A stretch of 64,000 nucleotides of DNA from a virus: positions 1-64,000 of the IMG/VR virus record IMGVR_UViG_3300022198_002714; one strand, given 5' to 3'. Of the stretch, positions 8,692 through 23,600 are shown in pieces. The notes under the pieces were generated by a model that saw nothing but the letters and a program-made list of their open reading frames with translations, did not search any database and was not told the DNA's origin. Every line of letters begins with the position of its first letter. The stretch's first letter is position 1. Position numbers and translations under genes: made by a program.

Positions 8692-11600
8692 GACGCATCA
8701 CCCGAATGGTCTGATTCACCGTAGTCAACATCTCCTTTATGCCCCTTCGGGTGCAGGGATTGGCTGAATCGAGCCTTCACGGTGTAGTCTGCACGTCGTT
8801 CGGTGTCGTCGCTTTCCGCACTCGTACGCCTACGTGCAGCGTCACTACGATGGTGCTGCAAGGAGTTCTCGCTGATGACAAGCCGAGTCACGTCGTTGTC
8901 CAACTTGCTTGTGTCCATGCCGTTTGAGCCGCCGAGGTTTGGCCCCTTGCTATCGGGCACGGTGTCGCTCGTTGCAATCACCATGTGGTACACAGGCGCG
9001 TAGGGCGGGTTGGTGTCAGGGTTGGTGGCCCTGATGTACTCGCCCGCAGACGCACGTGCTGAGGGCATCTCGTAGGCGTACACGCCGTATTTGCCGCCAC
9101 CCGTGGTCGAGAAGTAGTTGGAGCCGTACTGCGGGCTGCTGCTATGCAGGTTGTTGTTGGGGCGGAACATCTCAACGTGCTGCTCGTCAAGCAGACGAAC
9201 AGGCCTGAACAAGAACGAGATGGTCTTGTCGGTGTGGTTCATCTGCGCTGAAGTACTGTCAAACGTGGACGTAGCATACGGGTTGCTCGCCTTGTCTGCA
9301 CCCACCGGTCCCCAACCGTAGTCGCTGACCGCAGCGAGGTAGTTGCGCGTTTCTGCCACGTACGTGCCACCAAGCGGGTTGAAGTTGCTTGTGTGACTAA
9401 ACCGGGCCACACCACCAACCGGCTGCGCACCAAAGTTCAGTCCTGTATAATCGAGGTTGCCGATGGTCTGCGAGCCTGCGGTCATGCCGCCGACAAGCAC
9501 AACACGCTGCCCTACTCCACGGTCCGCGTGCAGACTGTGCGCTTCGGTGTTGAGTGCGATGAGGTTGTCGTCCACGCCTTCCACGTTCTCCGTGTCAAGA
9601 CCGATACGCGGGGCTGAACGGGACACCGCATCGGTGTGCTTGGTCGAGCCGCTGATGGTTTCCACACGCGGGCTGACGACCGCTTCAGGCTTGAGCAGCC
9701 CGTCCTCGTCAACGCTGAGTCGTGCGCTAATGCCGCGCGGTACCTCGTCGCTCGCCAACTCATCGTTGCGCGGTCGGATGAATCCGTCACCAAACACAGG
9801 CTCAGCGGTGTGGTGCGACAAGACAACGCCGGTTGTGTAATTAGCCTCATCTAACGCGGTCAGCCGGTCTTCGTTGAACTGCGTCGGGTAGCGAATGCCA
9901 CGCCCGTTGCCCATGTCACCTACGCGCATCGCGTTGGCAGGCATGAACACGTCAATCAGCGTGTTCGCGTTGTTGTTATTCGTCGTGTTTTGACGACCAC
10001 CAAAGCGTGGGATGGTGACGCCGGGAGCAAGTGAGATATTACTTGAGGCTGAATCAACAATGCCCTTGAGGTTGACCAACGGTGAGCCGTCGTTGTACAG
10101 TCGTTCGTACGGTGTAGCATCCGTGCTGCGTCCGGGGTCGTAGGCGTCACCCGCATCCCACGCGGGCCTGATGCCGAAGCCGCGCACAGGGAAGCGGCGC
10201 ACGTCCTCACCGCGTGTGTTGCCCCACCAATCCACCAAGTAGTACATCACAGCCTCGTCAATGTTAGCAATCTCCTTGCCGTTGTCGTCGCCCCACCAAT
10301 CACGAATCACCGTGGACTTGTTGCGCAGGGTGCGTACAGGCGCACCAAAAGAGCGCGTCATGCGCATTCCGTCGCTATACCGAACCTGCCGCTCAGCCAT
10401 GTCCACGCCAAGCATGCCGCTAAAGTTGGTCTGCCGTTCCATGATACCCACGTAGGTTTCAGGGTACGTCACAGGCGGCAACGCATTGTGATGCACCCAC
10501 GACTGAGTTTCACGCTGCACCAACGGTCCGTGTTGGTAGTCGGCGGTGTAGTAGCCAACAGTAACACCTGCCCGGTATGCTCGCATCCCATAGAAGGACC
10601 ATTGGGGCTTGTTGTAGGGCTGACGCAGACCAAAGCGGTACCCGAATGGCAACGGGGTGGTTGGGTTGCTGAGACTGTCGTAGGTCGAAGTCGTCACACC
10701 GGTTCCATCTTGCTGCCAAACACGCCGCTCGTAGCCGTAGTCACCCGCATAGGTCCACGATGCTGCAACCGCGCCGTACCCGTCAAGGCTGCTGACAAGT
10801 GGACCACCACGACTACCGCTCGGCCACATGTTGTTGAGCATCACCTTCGTGGAATCATCACCTGAATCGGTCTGTCCACCTTGTGCGACGTACTCCCCGC
10901 TGCTTGTGATGCTTTCAGCCGTTTGTACTGCATTGTTTCCTCCACGGTAAGCAATTGTACCTACCGGGATTTCAGCATCAGGTGTTTGGTCAACGGTAAT
11001 GCTTCCTATTAGACTGACGCTTGCTACCGTGTAGGCACGCCCTGCAATACTGATGACCTCACCTGTAACGATGTTTGTTCCTACGTGCGGTCCTACTTGG
11101 AAAGCAATTCTCTTCGTTGAGGGTGTCACGGAAGTCACGGCTGCGGGGTTACCGTCAAAGGTGGCCTTAACGAGCGGCGGCGGGGTCTTGATAGCCAAGC
11201 CAAAGGGTCCAACGCTACCGAAGTACGGTGCATCGTGGTAGTGAATTGTCTCAAAATGCTCAGGCATTGAGTTGTATGGCTTGTTGTCCACCGCTCGGTC
11301 AGTCAACGGGTTGAGGAACGTGCGGGCTGAATCTGAGTAAAACGTGTACGGTCGCCCAAGGTTGGGATGCCACATGCACAGGAACGCATCAGCCAAGTGC
11401 AGGCTATTCGTATCACGGCTACCTTGCAAGGTCTGAGGTAGCATGCGCGTGATGATGCTTGTCTTGGAGTCAGTAAAGATGGCACCTGACGGGCGGAAGT
11501 CGTACGCACGGGTAAGGCGCAACTTTGTGCCTGCCGTCAAATTGTTGGTAAAGTCAGCATTGGCGGGGTGATTGATGATGACTTGTGTGCTTCCTGCAAT

Positions 11601-14600
11601 CACATCCGTGTACTCAGTTGTACGCCGTACGCCGTTTGCATCTGTGTACTCCAACTTCTGTCCGTAGTAGGGGTATTCAGGGAAGCCGCGAGCATCGTCA
11701 ACGACCACGGCGAACGTGCTTGCACTCACAACGGTTGCAACCGGGTTAAGGCTGATGAGGTTGAACAACTTGGAATACATGTCCGGTGCGCTGCTTGGGT
11801 AGCCTGCGAGTGTGATTTGAGAAGCCACGTTGCCCGCATTTGCACGTGCAAACTCGTAGTAGTTGTCAAAGCGGTGCCACGTCAAATGACGAAAGCCTTC
11901 AGAATCAGCGTGATTTGGTGGCCTGCGGTGTACAATGCTCCACCACGGAATGTTGGTGGTAAGCCCCGGTGTCGCATCAGCAAACATGCCGGGATGGTAG
12001 GGCAGGCTCATGCGCGTGAACGCAGGTGCTTCGGTTTCCTGTACACCGAATGAGTTGTACAGGAGCAGCGGTGGAATGTTGGTGAATTGGCTGCCGTGGT
12101 CGGGGTCGTGGTCAATCATCACTTCGTTGATGAATACTTCACAACCACGCACGTCAGCCTCGGTCGTCTGAGCAAGCACAAGCCCAAGTGCGCCGGTTGT
12201 CCCGTCCACTTCACGAATACCAACAACGAGTGCGACCTGTTGGCTCGTCAATTCGTTTGCTGCGTTTTCGTGATAACCAATGAACTGCGACTTGTTCAAG
12301 TTCGGCTGAATGACAATCTGATACGCACCAACCTCAGCGGGGTCGGGGAAGTGATGCTTCAGCGAATACGTCGCTGCGGCCTCAAGGATGATGGTCTGCC
12401 CACCCTGACTGTTGATGGTTCCCGCTGCACCTTCCGATGCAAGGACACCGTACCCATCGTGGCGTACCTTTGTTTCAAACATCAGCGTGAACGCGCCACC
12501 GTGAATGTCGCTCGGTCCACCCGGAGTGGCGGTCAGCGTACCAATACGCAGTTGTGGGTCAAGACCGAAGAATTGGTCTGTGGTCGTCGTCGTAATGTCA
12601 CTCTTGACTTCATTGAATCCGAGTGACTCCATGAGTGACTGTTCCACGTACTTGTGCGAGGATGCACGAATTGCACGGTGTTTGTCGTACAGGCCTTGGT
12701 AGGCAGGATGCGCCCAATGTCCGGGCAGCATAGCCATGGTCGGCGTGACGTAGTGGTGACCCATACGTGGCAGGGCCATCGGGGTCAACACAGGCTTGGT
12801 AAAGATGCTATGCGCGGTTGTGTTTGCATCCACATTGGTGTAGTACAACGTGTGCGCCATGTCGGGACTGTTGCCGCTCACTTCAGCGTGGTCACGCAGA
12901 CGGCGTGCTGCATAGAAGCGTGTGCTACCCGCAGGCATGTAGTATGAAGGCACGACCTTGAGGCCGCTCACGCCGTTAGCAACCAAGGCGTCAAACTCAG
13001 CGTCACCGACGCAGCCGGTGAACGTGTCACCGCTGATGCCCGTGAACGAGGCCACACCACCCCGGTCGGTAGCAGCATCGTACAGACGAAGGAAGCGGCG
13101 GTTGTCCGCAGCCTCTTGATTCCCGAAGGTCGTGGGGTATAGGGCAGCATCAATCGTCGCATCCACAGTCAGCGTGCCGGACGAGAATCCTGTGGCTGAC
13201 AGGTCGTTGTTCTGCACACCATTTGCATGCGTGTAGTGCGTCGGATAGCGGTGCGTGTGCGTGTTGCCACACTTTGTCACGTGGAAGAAGAGCGTACGGT
13301 CGTGCAACTCGTAGGACGATTCAAGCGGCGCGTTGCCTGTCGCTGCACTCCAACCCTTGCGCGTCATGTCGGGGAAGGCCTCACCGCTTGCAGACTGACT
13401 GATGTGGTCCCATTCGTGGTCGCTATACGTCGGTCCACGACGCGGCCCATCCACCTCATCGGTGAATTGGTGCTTGAGAGCGTCAGCAAGGCCGGGTCGC
13501 ATCATGCCACCGCTGCCCATTGTTTCAGTCTGATAGGCTTGCAGCCGGTCGAATCCTGAGCGCACGATGATGTTGCCCGGAATTGTGTTGGGGTCGGGCA
13601 GGCGCACCTTCAGGTTCGGCTCCACGCCGCTGCCTGCGATAGCAGGGGCAAGCCCTTCTGAGGTGCGGTTGGACAACTTACGGAAGGCCCGAACAATGGT
13701 ACCGAACGGTGAGCCACCCTCGATTGTGTGGATTTGGCCGGTATCATCTTCAACCTCAATTGAATCAAACTGAATCTCTTCGTTGGGCACCATCAGGACG
13801 TTGCGCAACTCGTCGGGGTGGCGAGCAGCAATCTGCGGGTGCGCCAACTCTTGCGCTTGGATGATTGGGAACATGGCCGAGTTGGTCGTTTCAAAGGAGA
13901 AGCGCACGTTGCCGTACAACTTCTCACCCGTGGTGTAGGCAGTACCACCGCTGACGCGGGTGACGAACGGTACACCGCCAAGACCGCGAGCATTCAAGGC
14001 AGGCAGCGACAGGTTGCCGCCGTCCATTCGCTTCCACACGACATGCTCGACGCTGAAGTTGCGCATTGGTGTGCGGGCAAGCGATTCGTAGCCGTTGGTC
14101 TGTGCAAGCCAATAGCGGAGGTCATCGTGCTTGGCGTTGAAGTCGGTACCCCCACCTGCGGTGCGCATGTCCACCATTAGGTTGCGCTCAACCTCACTTG
14201 CATCGTTGAGCAGGTAGGAACCTACGCTCTTGTCCAAGTCGAAGAATAGGTCACCAATTTGCGCGAAAGCAGGCGTAGCGTTGTACAATGAATTGTCGCT
14301 TGACGCACCCAAGTGGAAGTCGTATTGTGCCACTTCAGGGTCATTGGTAGCCGCGCTTGCCGGTGTTGCCGTGCCGCTGACAATCAGGGCCTCGACGTTC
14401 GGTCCACCTGTTGCGGGGGCATAGAACCGTTCAGGACCGTGGATGCGCTCGTCCCATTGCGCGGTACCCGCGAACGTAATGGCCGTTGCAGCAGCCGTAC
14501 CTGCACGGGTCTTGGAGACAACTGCAAGCCAATCACCGGTTGCCGTAATACCGTCACGGTCACGCTTGGCAACTAACGCCAATTCACTTTCATAAGAAAC

Positions 14601-17600
14601 AACGAGGAAGCCCTTGGAGAAGACGCCCTGCGGGTGGTACAACTCGCGCGGGATGCTGAAGTCGGTCAGACTGTTCGTGAGGTTGATAGCACTATCCGCC
14701 GCCTTGTACGCACCCGTGCTATCAGCGTTGTACGCCGTGTACGAAATGCTTCCCGTCTCAACAGTCCATGAATCGTAGGGCGTACCCACGCCGTCATAGT
14801 TTGCATAGACGAGTGATTCAGGAGTGTTGTACAACGCATACGTGTGCGGTACGTGTCCATACGCAGTCATAACAGTCGAAGCCGAGCCGTAGGGAGAGAA
14901 GCCCAACTTTGGATGCCACGCACCACGCCCCGCACCGTAGCCTTCCGAACCAACCTTGAGGGAATTGAGGTACGAGTACCGCTCACCGGACCACCCAACC
15001 GCACCTACCGGACGAGTGCGGTCAATGGCGTCCACAATGCCTGCAAAGTGAACCTGCGTCATGTGGTCGCGCGTAGCGTCGTCCTCGTTGTTGAAGCGAT
15101 GAACACCGGCTTTGCTCCACACGTACACCTTCGTGACACCACTCAAGTCAACTGCGGTGGGCAGGGTTGAGTCATCGAAAGTCTGTGCATCCTCCAATTC
15201 AGGATTGCCTGTCAAACGGTTGGGAGCAAGCCAAAACCGCACCTTCCAAGTTGACGGGAAAACACCAATGTCATAGTACACTTCACGGCTATGGTAGGGC
15301 GCAAAAGCAGGCAAGTCAACCGTGTGGAGCGTACGACCTGCGTTGTCCGTACGAATCCATCCCGATGCGGGCAACTGTTCCAAGATGGCTTGTGTACCAC
15401 CTGAAAGTGTAGCCTCAACGTAGGAGTACGATTTTGTTGCATCAATCGTATAATCATCGTAGTCGAGTTCGACCCAACCGTAGCGGTCCTGCCGCATCGC
15501 GCTGCCCATCGAAGGGAGGTGCGTACCACCCATGGCCTTGAGCGCACCTTTGCCGGGATTTTCGTTGATGGCCTGTCCAAGCAGGGCTGCGAGTTCCTCA
15601 CCGTTCTGACACCGCGTAGCATCCACGACGATAATTTCACGGTCGAAGTCGTCGCCTTCTTCAGCAGATGCACCCGCGAGAACCTGCTTTGCAAGCACAC
15701 CTGAAACACGGAACGCAGTTGGGTTGACCTCGTTCCACGAATCACGGGTCACGCGATAGTCGCTTGGCTCAAGCGGTGCGTTGAATGAGAGTTGATTGTC
15801 AAGCCATGAACCGCCGGGATGGTAGCCGCCGTCCATGTGAAACGTCAAGTCAGCCTGTGAAGCAATACCGTAGCCAACGATGGGTGCGTGCTTGTAGGGG
15901 TGGGCAGCAGCGTAGTCGCTGATATTGAGTGAAGATACCGTGGCTTGCAGGTTGAAGTGTTCACCAAAGTGGTACCCATGCTCGGGCCGCTGCCACAGGC
16001 TGACACCACTCGACACCGCGCCAACGCGAGGGATGCCCTCAGCGGGACTCCAATTCCATGTCGAGTACCAATGGTAGCGTTGACGGTTGCTTTGGTAGGT
16101 TGAGGTTGGTGGGCCGTAGTCGTTCTTGTCGTTGGTGATTGGGTTGGGCAGTTGCTTGCTATGTGGCACCTTGCTCCACGTGTTGCCCACCGTCACGACG
16201 AAACCGGGGTGTGGCTCAACGTCTGCGTTAGCAGCGGTTGTTTCGGTGAAGGGAAATGCTTGGCCCGGTCCATAGATGACGTAGGTGGTGTGGTTGGTGA
16301 TGCTATTGCGTGCATCGTCGTAGCGAGCCGTTGGGTGACCCATGCGCAGCACAAGCGGAATTGGGCGTTGATACACCATACCGGCGGTGTAGCGAGCCGT
16401 AACGTGTGCAGGCAAATCGTTGTGCTTCGTTGCGAATCCTACGTCAACGTCAGTCGTAAGGATGCTATCCTTGTTGTACGCAGGTGGGTGAATAGAGCCA
16501 CGGTGCTGATTGAGTAGCGCGGTACCGGGGAAGAAGGCAAGCAGCGCGTTGCAATCCACCAAAGCGAATGAGGTTGAAATCTCGTTGGCATTCTGAATGC
16601 CCGCAGTACCCGTAGGTCCTGTTGAGTACGGGTGCGTATAGAAGTCAGCGTAGTCGTTCTGCGTACCGTCGTTCACGTCAAGCACGACGCCGCTGAACCC
16701 ACCGCCGAAGTACAATGGTACATCGTGGTCGCTGCTATCCCTTGCGCCACGGAAGTACACGATAGGCTCGGAATCCACGCTTCCGTGCAAACGGTACCCG
16801 TCAAACTCTCCAATTGATGAAATGAAGTAGTAATCCTGATTCAAGGTCTTTCCACCAAACTCATCAAACCATTCATCAGACGCTTCTCTTTCGTTGAAAG
16901 TGAACTCAGTAAGTGCGTTTGCACCTTGGTTAGCAAATACAACTGAGTAGTTATTTCTTGCATGATACAATTGAATCTTCTGACCGAACGCCAACAACCG
17001 GTCCGTTGTGGTATAGGTGCCCGTAATTGTTCGGGTGCAACCCACAATCATTGCATGGCCGAGTTTGTTTGTTGCGGCCATTGTGAACACGTTGCTTGAG
17101 ACTGATTGAGTCTTCAAAAGTGGGTTGCTCAGACAAGGCAGAATGTGGTCACCGGGGCGAGAAAGGAAGCGGACACCCTTGAGGTTCTCATCCCACCGCT
17201 TGAGGTTCACAGGGTCGTTGTATGAATCCACAAGGATAGGCGTAGGTGTGTTGGCATGGTAACCACGACCACGGGTACGAACCTGAACGATGGTACGCGG
17301 AATGTACCCGCACGTCAATTGTTTCGACGATGCAATTTGTGCATCACTTAATGGGGGAATTAGTCCGGCAGTTACGCTCCATGTAGCGCTTGTTTTGGCT
17401 ATTTTTTGATATTCACCGAACTCAATGTGGGCTGCTTGAATACCATAGTCGCGGTGAAGACTTGCGCTGAACATCTGTGAAAGTGGCTTGATTCCACGTT
17501 GCGGGTTATGCGCACGAATGATGATGGCATCTTCACCAACACCCCAATCTCCGAGTGTCCGACCGTCTGCTGCGTACAAATGGCGCACATCAACAGAATA

Positions 17601-20600
17601 CCCGTCTTCCATGTTGGGGTCTTGCATGTTGATTGCAGCAACAGTAGCGTACGCAATCACCTCATCGGTCAACAACGTCGTCCAATTCAAACGCGGGGAA
17701 AGGATGAGTTGGTGAGTGTTTCCGGCTTTGAACGACACACCCGAGGGTACGTCGGTGACAACAAACGATGCAGAAGTGTGAGTGGCGGTAAAATCAGCAC
17801 CTCGCACACCATAGAACGTGTGCGTACCTGTCGTGTCGTTGCTTGTACGGGATTCATAGGAGAACGTGTTTCCAACCACACCATGCAATGTCGTAGCACT
17901 TCCGCTATATGGGTCCGTCAATTGCATGATACCGTTGGTCTTGGGGAAACCAAGGTAGCCAAGAATGTCGGGATGGTTGTTGAACTCGGTGCTACCCGTA
18001 TCGTAAGGGGTGTCGAGGACTACGGTGATGGTATCTGAACTGTACGTTGCTTGACAGTTCAAACCGGCATCTGCGGCAAAGACACCACGCCAACGGTTAC
18101 CCACCCATGTTGCTTCGGTCATGCCACTCTTCGGCTCCAACCGTCCTGTTGCATCTCCTACACCCGCCATGTGGTGTCCAATGGTAAAACCGCCCTGTGC
18201 AACGTCTCGGTCATCAAAATGAATGATGATTTCATCATCTAAGGTTGAAGGTAGTGTTGTCAGTTCATTGGCAAATGGTTGATTTACACAACGATAGACG
18301 TACCTGACACCATAACCTCGACCTCGGTGGTCGGTGAAACGCATGCCGTACAACGGTGTGTCACCAATAGCGTCCTCGGTGACCTCTTCCGTATTCACGT
18401 GACTTGTGTATTCGCTCGCGTTGGTACCGTAGCGGGAAAAGTGGCGAGTGCTTCCACGCCGACCAAATCCAAACGCTCCTGCGTCCGGTGCGAAACCCGG
18501 TACACCCGCTTCAACCAACCCACCGAAGTTGATACGGCCCACAGCCGTGCTACCACGACGTAGCCCTTCAACCAACGACGTAGCGGGGCTTTGTGCCTCA
18601 AAGGACTCATCAGCAACCGAGTTGTTGACCGTACCGCCCATCGTCGCTGACACCTTACGAGCAAGTGCATTCTTTTCCACGTCGTTTCGTGCTGCAACAT
18701 CGAGATTGCTTGCAAACATGTCATCAGGCTCTTCTTGAGCCACGTATTCTCGGAGTGAAGTAATTGGAGCAAAGGGCCGTCCGTGCTTATTCAACGGCAA
18801 CGGAGCGGGGTGCATGTTCTCACCGGAAACCTCGTCCGGTTGCGACCAAAAGTTGCGGAACCGACCACCGTGACCGATGAGGTACTGTGGTTTGTAAGAG
18901 GACTGTCCCTTACTATTGTCAAGCCAAGCGCAGAAGTTGCGACCACTTGCACCGGGAATGGTACTGTGAATGACGATGGAGAAGCCTTCGTTGCCATCGA
19001 GGTCCTCAACCACGCGACCAATGTGCGCACGGAGGTACCCCATGTGGCTCCCACGGTCGTGACTGTCGAATGCTTCGTCAGGGTACCACCAAGGCGCGGG
19101 GTCGTAAGTGGAACCCGTGGCGGCAAAGTCAGCAAAGATGTGGGCGCTCGTTGGGTCACGATTTGGATTACCAATATCCTGTCGAACGCCAATACGTGTT
19201 AAATCAAGACGCTCGCTTTCACCGGGATATTGCTGAGAGGGGCGACGTGCGTGGGTTCGACCGTTCGCAGCACCGCCTTGGTTGATGAGCCGCACAATCT
19301 CACGCGCCGCTGCCTCAATGTCAGTCACACCTTCTTTCACACCGATTTCACCGAAATCCACGGTCATGCGGCGTACGAAGTCCATTTGCGTCCAATGCGG
19401 AAGATGCTGAAGTCGCTCTTCGTCGTGACCGCTGAGGTCAAGAGCAATGCTACGCTTCCCCTTCAGACTCAAGAAGGCCGAGATGGTGCGCGTCCCATCA
19501 GGCGTGTCAAAGAGCGTACTTGGGTCCTTCAGCGTGTGCGTGTTCGGGTTCTGTTCTGCCCGATGTACGCGAAGTGCTGTAATCAACGGATGCGAGTCAG
19601 CGTTGATGCGCGAGAGTTGGTGGATTGCATTGCTCCAATACGGAGATGCAACCGCAGGTTGAGTACGGGGTAGGGTACTGTCACCAACGGTGAGGTCGCT
19701 GCTCCCCTTTTCGTGGTACAGACCTGTGTGAACAAAGTGTCCGTGGCCCTTGGATGCAAAGAGGACGTTGTACGTATCAACATCAGGATTGTTCAGCACG
19801 GTCCACGATTGCTCGCTGCTCGCGTTGTACGGGTTCTGATTTACCCCGCCAATGACGTTATGTGCATATGCACCTTCAATGAACTTGGATTGCTGCGTAG
19901 CCCGCAGGAATGGGTTCTCGCTTGGGTAGCCGTTGGCTACGTCAATCTGAGTTGTCAGATAGTGTGGTGCTGCACCGTTACGACCCATCAGGAACTTGTC
20001 GAGGTTGATGGTGCCATCCTTGTAGGCGAGTTGTCGAGTGTAACCGATGGTTGGCGTTGCTGCACTTGACTGAACCTGCATATGCAAGTCGTGGAATGCG
20101 ATGAACTCGCGGTCGTGGCCCACGTCGTACAGGAGAACGCGAGCATGCCCGTCTGTTGCAAGGTACGGGTCAACATACGCTACGACAGGAGCCTGTTCAG
20201 CATCGAGGCCCATTGACTCATAGTTCATCTGCACAGTTTTGTTGACGTGTTGCGCGTAGTTGATGGCCGTCTCAAGGCAAGAGTCTCCAATCAGGAAGTT
20301 CTCAAGCGGGATGCTATTACGGGGCCGGTCAGCAAGTGTACCTGAGCCACCATTGAAGCCCTTCCAAACGAGGCCGTCATTGAACACACCACGGCTCTTG
20401 GCGAACAATCCTTCGGTAGCATGCGGGTTGTTGATGCTCATGTTGGCCCACACGGTGTCACCGTGACGCAGACCACCGGTCGCATACGGGTGAACCCAAG
20501 CACGGTTCAGGATAGCCTCGTCGTCAACGGTCATTACCGACTCAGCAGCAACACGAATCTTGTTACCTGAAGTGATGGCTGCAAGGTTGTTTGCTGCCAA

Positions 20601-23600
20601 GATGATACGGTCGGAGCCGCCCGAGACTTCTGCTGACTCGACCTTAGACACTTGGCCGAGATAATTGATGGCTGAGCCGGTGTCCACGTACACGTGGTCG
20701 TCAGGTCGAATGTTCAGACCAACCACGTTTGCATGGGCCATTAGGTCAGCCGTGGTGCAAGTGATGTTGAGCGTGGTTGTGGTACCACCACCGTATGAGG
20801 ATGAGAAGGTCCATTGGTCTGCGGTTGCGGAAGGCAAGAACGTGACGACTTTCTTTTCCTCAGTTACCGCGCTTGCAGGGTTGCTTAGCGTATGCAGCGC
20901 GTGTGCAACGTGCTTCAAGCGCAGCGTAGCACCGACCAACGTAGGGGTTGAAGTAGCGACAATTGCAATTGTGTTCTGCGTGAACGTGTTGTTGAATCGT
21001 CCAAGGTAGTACACGTCTTGGGTCGAGCCATCAGCCTGAATTACTTCAGCAATATACAACGGGTCACCCGTTTCAAACTGAATGACGTTACTTGCATCTC
21101 GCGTGAACGGCACGTCAGGGAAAAGCGACCCATCTTCAAGCGTAATCGTGTAGGTGTTTCCACTCACAGATGGGACTGAAAGAATCGTGGACGCTGCACG
21201 TTTAGACACAGTACGTGGGGCGTGTGGGTTAGCGAGTGGACCGGCCTTGAACTCAACCGCGCTGACGTACTGACGCATACCGTAGTCGAGATTACCTCCT
21301 TGTGTTTGTACGTTGGCCGCGTCGTAGTAGTACGGGGAACGTCCCTCAAAGTCAGACGAAGGTGTACTTGCATCCGAATCGGTCGGGACAAGAGTTTCAC
21401 TACGGAATCCTTGAGCCACGAAAAGTGCAGCACCGGGGATGGCGTTGGTAAAGAAGCCCTCAATGAAGGTACCGTGATTTTTGGATGAAGGGACAGGTAC
21501 CTTGATGAATCCGTCCGTCGTAGGGTCATTGACGTACAACGCACTCATGCCGTTCGCAAGGAAGCATCGGCGGTAGTAGCCGACGCTTTTCATGTTCCCA
21601 ACGCTTCGTGGCAATGAGCCTTCGTCAGCATTGGGAAAAATCTCAGGGAAGTCAACGTAAATCTCATAGAATCCCGGCGATGGAATGGGGTTCTTGACAA
21701 TGCGCTCAATGTGAGCCGCCGCAACAAATCCTTCCCTGTTGGAACCGTACGCCGAGGATGCTTGCTTGTCTGCTTGTCCAATGTCGTTGGCACGGCGACC
21801 CACGGGCGTCGGGTTCCATGAGTGAGCGGTGTAGGTTGCATCGAGGTGCAACTTCATCGAGTTGTCAGGACCGGGAAAGATGCCCTGTTCAGGATGGTCG
21901 AAGAACTGCTGCGGGAAGACAGGAATCTCGACCATGGCCCGTGTGCTTGCAAACTGCGTACCGAGTTGGTAGTCGTGTGTCACCGTGTCCATGGACTGAA
22001 ACAGTCTGTCGTTCACGGTGCTGCCATCTTGAGCCATCGCATCGTCTGCAAAGTTTGGGTCGTTGTACAGGGTCAGCGAAGTCTGCACGTCGGCAGGGGA
22101 TGAGGTCGTCTTCATCAAACCGACCGCGTTGCACCACAGGAAGAAGTTGGAGTACTCTTCTCCATCAGCACCAAGGTAGCGGCCCGTACCGCTTGCGCTG
22201 ACGTTGGTGAAGATAAAGCCGGAGCCACCCTTGCTTGCGTATTCCGCACTCGCGCCATTGTCGAGGTACACTCGCCCCACCTTCGGGAACGCGATGGTGC
22301 CCCACGATGCAATATCGGGTGAACCGTTGTTTAGCGGTGCCACGCTGAGAATGTTTTTTGTGGTCACGGTGTCGTTTTTGGCGTACACGTGAGTCGCACG
22401 TACAGCGCAGGAACGGCGCGTTGAGCCGGGAAGCCTCATCAGCGGGCTTGGGTCGAACGTCGGCTTCGTGTTCACCGCACCTTGTCCCGGTCCTCCAAGC
22501 GTCACCGTGACCACAGGTGCATTCGGCTCAATCTCCTTGACGATGTAAGAGTCAGGTGAACCTTCACCAACCGCGCTGACGTTGCGGTTCAGCACGGACT
22601 CCACGACACCCGCACCGGTGACGGTGATGGTCGTCAAGTTTGATTCAGGGTCATTTTCCTCGCTGATGCTTCGGAGGCGCGTCCGTGCCATCATCAGCAT
22701 TATTGTGATGGACGAGTCGTCCTCAAGAGCAGAAAGCAGTTGGTTGCTCCGCCGCCGGTCTGTTGGTTGCACAAAGATATGCAATTTGCCCGATGGCGCA
22801 AGGTAGTTGTCAATCACGTCAAACGTCTCATGCACCGGACTGATGCCGTCAGGGATGCCCACGTCGAAGACACCCGCACCGGTCTTTTCCTCGGTGGGAG
22901 TGACCCGCTTGTAGCCACCAATCTCGGTCAGGTCGTCTTCGGTCACGATGCCTGCCTTGGTGAACGTGAGTCGGTTGTACACCGATTCGTGGTCCAAGGA
23001 AACGTGAGAGGCACGTACAGGAGCAGGTGGTGTACACGGCTCAGCGTCAACGCTCGACACAGGTGTGTACTCAGCAGGGGTGCGGGTGAAGTCCAACTCA
23101 GAATCGTAATCAGCACCGCCCGTGTTGTCCCCAATCAGACTGTGCGACTCAAACATGTACTCGTTGCTGCTCTTCACATCAGGGTCGAGAATCAGCATAC
23201 CGCCCGGAGCATACATCGTAGCGTCAAGAGCAGCAGCAATGAGGTCGTACACGTACGTCCCACCACCAAGGTCAAGAGAAGCCGCAGGGACCGTCTTCTC
23301 GACCATCAGCATTGGTCCGCTGATGCCCATGCTTGCACCCGTCAGGTCAATTGCGTTGTAATGAATCTCCACGAAGGGAGCCATGTTGTGCGAGGTTTGC
23401 AAAGCAGGGACGTTGAGGATAGCAACACGGGACGTGGTTTCAGGAACAAGGTGATACAACCGCGTTGTATCATTCACATCTGAGCCGGACAATGGCGCAG
23501 GTCCTTTCAGCAAGAAGGGTCGGAAGTCGAAGTCAGCACCACCGATGCCGATGACTTCACGGGCAGCAGATGGCAAGCCGTTGTGAACGACTGAAGACGC